DNA of 62,228 nt, filler included, from Sluysia triapertura (lineage: Eukaryota), in the NCBI GenBank assembly GCA_046118255.1. It is 5 parts of 5 records of this genome, joined end to end, with 100 filler letters (N's around TTAATTAATTAA, not from the genome) between each part and the next. Parts side by side here need not be neighbours in the genome. Positions count along the whole stretch, not along the records: positions 51,338 to 62,228 come from JBJNIA010191907.1; 4 more parts are not named here. One strand, 5' to 3'. The notes beneath the pieces are model-generated. The model was not told where the DNA came from and did no database searches. It saw nothing but the letters and a program-made list of their open reading frames with translations. Made by a program: the position numbers and the translations under genes. Positions 55,131 through 62,228 of the stretch are shown here, in pieces. The first letter of the stretch is position 1. Each line of letters starts with the position of its first letter.

Positions 55131-58100
55131 AAGAAAATTCATAATATTTGAAATGAAAGTCTCACTAACTTTTATCGTGAATATACATCATCTGAGCAGT
55201 AAAATCAGTATATAGTATTTTTTGGAATATATATAAAAATAAAAATTGAAAAATAAAATATAATTATAAAATTAAAATTAATATTACAATTAAAAATAAA
55301 ATAAATTAATGTAAAAATTATAAATTTAATAAAAGAAATTAATAGGTAAATTTTAATTAAAAGTTAATTTTAATAAAAGAAACAAATGTTAACAAAAAAG
55401 GTATTCATTTAACACATTGAGCCCGGAGTCCCTGTTGCTCCGTACTTGAAATTGATACATAAGTTAACAAAAAAAGATAACTGATAATGGCAATGATGAG
55501 GACTGATACAACAAAACAAAATGTTACGTATTTGGTTAATATAATTTATCAAATTAATTTAATTTCCTACGAGATTTTGTGGCTTGGAGTTTTATAATTT
55601 ATGAATTGTGTCGAGTACAATGAATTAATAATGTGTATATTTATTTGGTGTAATATAATTGCTGGTAAATTTAACGGTTAATAATTTAAATATGTTTTAG
55701 TTTAGTGTTTTTGTATTGCGTAAGTTGAAGTAGTGATTTGTAGAATTGTGAGTTGTGTGAATTAATATATGAGAACGACAATGGGATTACCATGCGTTGT
55801 GATGATGATGGTCTTTTCCATTTTTTTAAATTGATTTATTACCTTCTAAAAATTAACCTGTACCTGGCAAATTATATTTCAATATTAAAAGTACATATAA
55901 ATAATTCATAATTGATGTATTAAAACAAACACTAAGTTCCAGCTTATAGAAAGCTTACAGATAATACAATATTGAATAATCAATTTATGAAAATAACAAT
56001 AAATTAACAGAAGAAATAATCTCTTTTTACAACACCCGTCATTACTATATATTATGTATCACTTTTTTATTCTTGTTCGAAAAAAAACAATTTAAAAATT
56101 TCATCGTACTTTGCGAACAAATAAAAATATGTCTTATTGTGTCGAGATTGTAGAGAAGTGATCGTTTTTAAAATTGCCCTTATATCTTAAATACAAATGA
56201 TACAGATTCTGTAAGACCTTATTTTAACGACGTTTGGGAATTCGATAATAATAATAATAACCACCAAGATAAGACCATTTTCTACCTACATATTTCGATA
56301 AATCTGAAACAGAAAGATAAATTTAATCTGTAGTCTAAGTTTTTCGCAATGTCACTAAAATTCTTAGGTTTGAGAACCACGAAACAAATTCCTATACTGG
56401 CTTATTGAAGAGTACCAACAGGAACTATGACCACACGAATGTTTAAGGGCAATGATCACTTCATTTTGTCTGCTTTATCTTTATTGGTGGTTAAAAAAGT
56501 ATGAAATACCTAGCACATCATTTTATTACTATTAAAATTCACAGATTATGCATCTAATATTCTAGTAGTTCGTTCAATATCTTTAACTCGTTTAGGCATT
56601 TAAAATTATTTAAAATACTTTATATATTTAAACATTTTTAAACTGTACACAAAAACAATAAAATAAGATTACAATTGCAAAACAAATGTAGCACAAACAA
56701 CCCTTTTAAACATAAATTAATTGTATTCAAGTTGTATAAGACATTTTGTCTGCTAACTTTCAATAATGTAATCTTTATTGTGCTTGTTGCCCACAACTGT
56801 ACTACATAAGATATATTCGCATATTAATTCGAGGATTCAGAAGATGTTTTCTGATTAATATAATGTATCACAATTGTATATACAGAAGATAATTTTTTAT
56901 TACCGAGTTGGTGAAATAAAGATAGACATTTAAATAAAACATCTAAAACTGTGTTTTCAATCAATATTAATAATAATAAACAGATAACAATGAACAAGAT
57001 TATAGTATGATTGTTGTAGAAGTCATCAGTGTTTCGATTGTTGTACGTATTTTGTTGAGTTTTTAATAGTTGTTAGATTAAGTTGGAGTTTGTTCCACCA
57101 CAACAAACCTAAAGTTTCTCCACGAAATTGCTTTCTATGGTGTTTATGGTCTTGATTTTGTTCTCCAAGGCACATTGTAGCTTCTTTTTTAATTTGAAAT
57201 ATGAAAGATATTGATTAATTTCTGTTGAACAATGCATCGTTATTATTTTAGACTTGAATAATGATTAGAATATTCTTCGAAACCGATTAATGATACATCT
57301 TCGGAAATGACTATTTTTTATTAGTATAATGTTCCAAAAAATAATAGCGGCAAAGCTTAAAAAAGATAAATGAAACTACTTTTGTCTGTATAATTTTTGA
57401 AAATGACAAATTCTATTTGAAATTGTTATTTCAGTTTTTAATAATTTTTGTGTAAACAAATTATTAAAATAAATATTATCCGTTATGTAAATAATCTTTT
57501 GTTATATTGAAATTATACTATTTTATTATGTAAATACAATTGTTTTAATATTAAGGAAGATTTCAATAAGATCAGTATTTAAAAATTGTAATATTAATTT
57601 TTATTATTTTGAGTTGTTAATTCAATGACAGCCAAATTGTTTTTGTCAAATTCGGGTGAACTAATGGCTAACATATTAAGCAGCGCTTGGCATTTGATAC
57701 ACTAATTTGTTCATCTCCTCGAGCAGAACATGCACAAAGTCGTACACGACACAAAAGTTAAAAATAACACAAAAACATAAAATTATTGTTCAGTAATAGA
57801 GTCATCATTGTCGGATATTTTATAAATATCAACATCATCAAATTCATCTTTTTCGAACGCTTTTAGAACGTCTGCTGACTTATACTTCTTGGTTAGTAAA
57901 ATTTAAATTTCCACAACGTAAACAAACAAAATAAACGCTAAAATCTACATGAAAACAACGTTTCCTGCATAAATTATGACATAGGAAGGAAGCAGTTGTG
58001 ATATGTCAAGAAATGTACTCGAAAGTTTTGCTGAAAAACTGTTACTTTTACAATAATTAATCATATTTCTATATAAAACTTAATATTTTGTGCTGCAATA

Positions 58101-58379
58101 TTTTAATTCAATAATACAGTGTTAATAGCTTTATTTTCAAAGTACATATGATAAAATATAAAGTTTATTTTGAAAAAAAAACCAAAAGATTAATTATTTC
58201 TAGCAAGCAAAAAAAAAATTATATTATTAAAATTTTTTCATTCATTTATAGATATTGTTTTTCAAAGTCAAGTACTTTTATTTAAATTATGTATTTATTG
58301 TTTAATCCGACTAAAGCGATGATGTAATTGCTTTTAGAAATGAACAATTCTTCAGTCATTTTTGTCATTCGAAAAGCAA

Positions 58380-58620
58380 GAACGAACTGTACTTTCAAAA
58401 GGTGTATTGTTAAATGATCTAAAATTTACAATGTTTTGAAGGTTTTAAGATATAGAGTGTAAGAAATGGTGTGAAATGTTTAAGGATTATATGATTTAGA
58501 CTGGGAATTATATTACGAATAATATTAACTTTGACAAAATGTGATATTTCAATAATAAGGTTAGTTATAACTTGTATAAATTTTTGATTTATTTCTAAAA
58601 TATCATATTTTTTAATTTGA
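58380..58620 (+). repeat. Gene-A-like fragment in the GPCR intron
   Basis: Reverse complement caatacaccttttgaaagtac resembles 51981 caattacctttttagaatgtac and 61604 caaccaccttttcaacgtac. Confidence 0.4.
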
Positions 58621-58678
58621 TTCGATAATTTTATTATATTCATTCTTTAATTGGTAATATATTAAAATTAAAACTTAC

Positions 58679-59162
58679 CAGATAATGTCCAAGCAATTCC
58701 TATCATTACAGCACATCGTTTACGACTAATTCCATAAGTTAAAGGACTTCGAGTAGCCCAATAACGTTCTAATGCTATCATACATAAATGTAAAATGCTA
58801 GCTGTTGAACTTAACACATCGAAAGCATGCCATAAATCACACCACAATTTTCCAAATATCCACTTACCTTCACTTAATTCACTGAAAACAGCAAAAGGCA
58901 TAACAATGAGACCCATTAATAGATCAGCACAAGCCAATGAAACAATGAAAAAGTTGGTTATACTTCTTAATTGACGATATAATACCACTGCTGTTATAAC
59001 TAATAAATTTCCACAAATTGTAGTACACAACAATAAACTAAGAAATCCACCTAATAATACATTAGAAGTACTGAATTTTATGATATTTGTTATTAACTTT
59101 GTCGTATTATTAATATCAGATATCGGATTTGTTGGATGGTAAATTATTGGAACAGTGGCCAT
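58679..59162 (-). CDS. Biogenic-amine class A GPCR (invertebrate dopamine Dop1R2/octopamine-like), first exon, TM1 to TM4
   Basis: GNLLVI, TNFFIVSLACADLLMGLIVMPF, WIFGKLWCDLWHAFDVLSSTASILHLCMIALERYWA (TM3 Asp present). Donor G|GTAAGT at 58678. Confidence 0.93.
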
Positions 59163-59692
59163 GATTGCGATTTGTTTATAAAGTTTTCAATAATAGACAT
59201 AATTTATAAATCACTAAATCAACAACACAAAAAAAACAAAGAAAAACAATACAAATTAAAGATGATCTTTATTGAATAAAAATTTCAATCAAATATTACT
59301 GATAATTTGCTTTAACCAATTAAATTTGTAATATCAAATTAACAAATCAGATTAAGAAAAATTCATTATTTTTACTTTTTATATTATTATTATTACTATT
59401 ATTAAATAAACATGGAATGGCTACTGGATTTCGGACAAAAAATGGCCACTAATGAGTTAATAATACAAATTGTAATAGTATTATAATCGATTCTGTGAAG
59501 AAAAATTCAGAAATTACAGTTAATATTGAATCAATCAGTAAAACTAACCTTTCAATTACGAAACACCTTAAAATTATGTACCGTTTATATTTCAAAAATA
59601 AACAAACTACCTGAGAATGTTAAAAACTTTAAACAGTTTTAAAATATATATATATATAATTAAAATTGCAGAAAGGACCTACCGAAAATTAC

Positions 59693-59807
59693 TGTTAAAT
59701 GGACAGACCGGGATTTGAACCCAGACTTCCTTACCTTACAGCTGTACAGTTCGATGCTCTGACCACTAAGCTATCAGACCCGTCAATTATACTATCGTTA
59801 TTCAACA
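59693..59807 (-). mobile_element. tRNA-containing mini-element, copy 4 (115-bp subfamily)
   Basis: Minus strand: TGTTGAATAACGATAGTATAATTGACGGGTCTGATAGCTTAGTGGTCAGAGC...GGGTTCAAATCCCGGTCTGTCCATTTAACA. Exact 5-bp TSD ATTAC (59688-59692 / 59808-59812). Confidence 0.85.
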
Positions 59808-61181
59808 ATTACAAAATGTGAATATTTATTAACAAACTTTGGAAGAGACAAAAAATTAATGTCTTAAAAACTTCGCAATAGCGCAAGTGTTTTCTCATAA
59901 AATTTGTGTTTAGTGTTTAGATGTCTACATGCCAATTTAGTTACATTCAATTTCTAATTACTATTGATTCATTTTATTAAAATATTTTCTTTAGGATATA
60001 TACTTAGTTTGACTATATAATCGAACCTTTCGTTCTGGATTACTCTATTTTATTCAATAAACTCACAAAAATAGTAAAATATAAAATATAACAAATTTTG
60101 AATAATTATAAAATAAAATTGATTAAATTATTATGAACTTTCTCATTAATAATAATTAAATTTTATTCAAAATTTTAATGCTAGATTTTAATTCTAGCCC
60201 AAATTAATTTATTTTAATTTATTTGAGAAAAAAAATCCCAACAAATAACTTACGATTTTATTACTAATCAGTAGAATCAAAATGGAATATAACAACACGT
60301 AAATAGCAAATGGTAATATCGATTTCATGTTTATTCTTCAATTGATAGATGATTTAATAATAGGCCGAGTTTATATATTTTCATTTTCTCTTCTTTCTGC
60401 TTGTGTCAGACTAAAGCTACGTACATACTTATATACTTATATACGCTTATAATAATATTTAATTATTTTTGATTATAGGCGTTATGTCTAAATGTAAATT
60501 AAAATAATTGTTATTTTTATACATATTACTATTATGTACAATATATTATTTTTTATACTTACAATAATAAATTAAATAAAATTAATTGTAAATAATTTAA
60601 AAATTAAATATTTAAATTTCGAAATGCTTCCGTTTTAAAAATGTAAAAAAATCAGCTCATACAATAATAACTAATCTTTTTACGAAAAAGATATAAAAAG
60701 TCTGCAAGATCAATCAAAATTTAATAAGCATCATCAAATTTTGGTGAACAAATGTTAATCATAGTTAATTGTGAGTGTCGGACGACTTATTTGGATAATC
60801 ATCGTCGGGACTTTGAAATCATTTTGCCGTTTTTTGATACAGTGAGTTTTGTTTGGTAAGTTAAGACCTAAAATAGACTTAATTACAAAATTTTTGTGTA
60901 CACTGAATATTTCAAAATACAATTAGATTTTGTTGTGTAGTGATGTATTCGTATTGAGTTAGTTTTATTAATATACTTTGCAATCTTCCTCATTATTCTA
61001 TATGAAAGTAAAGTAAGAAAATACAATAGGTTTAAAACATAAACGATAGAGATTTTGATACATAGTACAAAAAGATAGAGAAATATTTAAGGAAAACGAA
61101 TTAGTAAGTGTTTAAAATCTTGCAAACTCCTATAGGAAGGTTTCCAATAAAGGTATAAATCGTCCACCATAGGTAAACCCA

Positions 61182-61969
61182 TATGGTGATCAACCTAGCA
61201 CTTTGAGAATTTTATCTCCTTTACATTCACTAAAACATTATTTTAACCTTATGAAAACAATCCTATTTCATAACTTTACAATATCAAAATTACATTTCTT
61301 AACACTACACAACAACCTTTTAGAATTTGTCAAAACCGTTTCTATATTTTATCCTTTTCATCCACTAAAATCAATTTAAATCCACAATCTCGTAACATTC
61401 AAACCATAATGATATTTAAAACCATCAATTTTCATTAAAAAATTCATCTAAAATATTTTATTCTTCAATTCATAACAATTCAAGTTCAACCACATCCGAA
61501 ATTAACTACTAGACACTTTCATATCAATTCATAATTCTTTATCATTTAATCCCTAACATTACTTAAAATTATCAAGAAAATAAATCACATTTTCAACATT
61601 GTACAACCACCTTTTCAACGTACCAAAAGCTAAACTATAACTTATCTTCTTTTCATCCACTAAACTACTCTCTTTCAACATATTTGTAACCCATACTCTA
61701 CCAACATCTAAACGTTATTTCATTCAGAACATTAATGTTTATTTAAAATCCACGTAAAACATTTATATCATTTCAAAATACCTAAATCGCAACTTTTTAA
61801 CATCATAACATTCAATCTTCAGACATCTTTAAAGACATTTAACTATTTTAAATAGATCTAAATATGTTCAGAATAAATAAAGAAATCAAAAGCAAGATCG
61901 TCTTACTTAAGACAAATAAAGAATTTATGCATTAATAATAATAATAACAACAATAATAATAATATTGCC

Positions 61970-62007
<38 letters not shown>

Positions 62008-62111
62008 ATTTTATTTTCATTATTTTAATTTTTAAAATTTTATTTTGTCATTAAACCAATAATTACCACTATCAATGTTGACATTGTTGGTCACTATGTA
62101 CAAATTCTCAT
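61182..62111 (+). mobile_element. Divergent gene-pair element, copy 4 (gene A plus spacer)
   Basis: 61600-61830 is collinear with 51980-52210; tttatgcatt box at 61924; spacer actatcaat..tgacatt..tatgtaca shared with 52520-52560. Confidence 0.7.
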
Positions 62112-62228
62112 TGTAGTGGCCAAGACCCATAATTTAAAATTCACTGAAAAAATTATAACACTCAAATCACAATCACATTCAACATTACCAAACTACAACA
62201 ACTAGTTCATAAAAAACATAACATCTAA
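62112..62228 (+). mobile_element. Terminus of a further element copy, truncated by the window end
   Basis: TGTAGTGGCCAAgacccATAATTTAAA.. matches the reverse complement of 20380-20514 (TGTAGTGGCCAAcactcATAATTTAAA..). Confidence 0.75.

Larger units (their letters stand above)
51397..55800 (+). mobile_element. Divergent gene-pair element, copy 3 (most complete); may extend to 57102
   Basis: TGTGGTGGATCAA start; gene A (minus, about 51420-52330); inverted repeat 52637-52698; gene B (plus); convergent gene C (minus); inverted gene-A-like tract about 55560-55800. Confidence 0.6.

Noticed and set aside
57110-57860. Second piggyBac remnant
   Set aside because: Only vague YLHF/KIRP-like traces; too weak to call.
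59700-59782. Intron-containing tRNA-Tyr(GTA)
   Set aside because: The acceptor stem has two T-T mismatches, the anticodon stem does not close, and it sits in a TSD-flanked element homologous to the other three copies.
1-62228. CRISPR array, rRNA or prokaryotic operon
   Set aside because: No regularly spaced repeat-spacer array or rRNA motif; the sequence is intron-containing eukaryotic DNA.

Overview
Very AT-rich animal (metazoan) nuclear DNA with tiny GT-AG introns (35-63 nt). It is not one continuous locus: five contigs are joined by artificial 100-nt linkers (N44-TTAATTAATTAA-N44), and there are two ordinary N gaps. Recognisable host genes are a short spliced heat-shock factor, the first exon of a dopamine/octopamine-type GPCR, exons of a Dpr/DIP/Lachesin-like Ig protein, and a Myb/SANT-like (trihelix) gene next to a Phafin-type PH exon. 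The rest is mostly mobile-element debris (piggyBac, Tigger/pogo, a TA-flanked MITE, a hAT-like MITE) and (AAT)n microsatellites. Three repeat systems stand out. (1) Four 115-159 bp TGTT...AACA elements each contain a tRNA-like Pol III cassette, two with exact target-site duplications; they look like solo LTRs carrying a tRNA, analogous to the 5S-carrying Cassandra elements. (2) A multi-copy family with TGT(A/G)GTGG ends carries a divergent gene pair around a palindromic CCAAT-type motif: a G/T-skewed decayed ORF and an ORF with a TTP-like CCCH finger, with no recognisable transposase. (3) A dispersed repeat carries a six-unit heat-shock element. All calls were made by eye and no database search was run.
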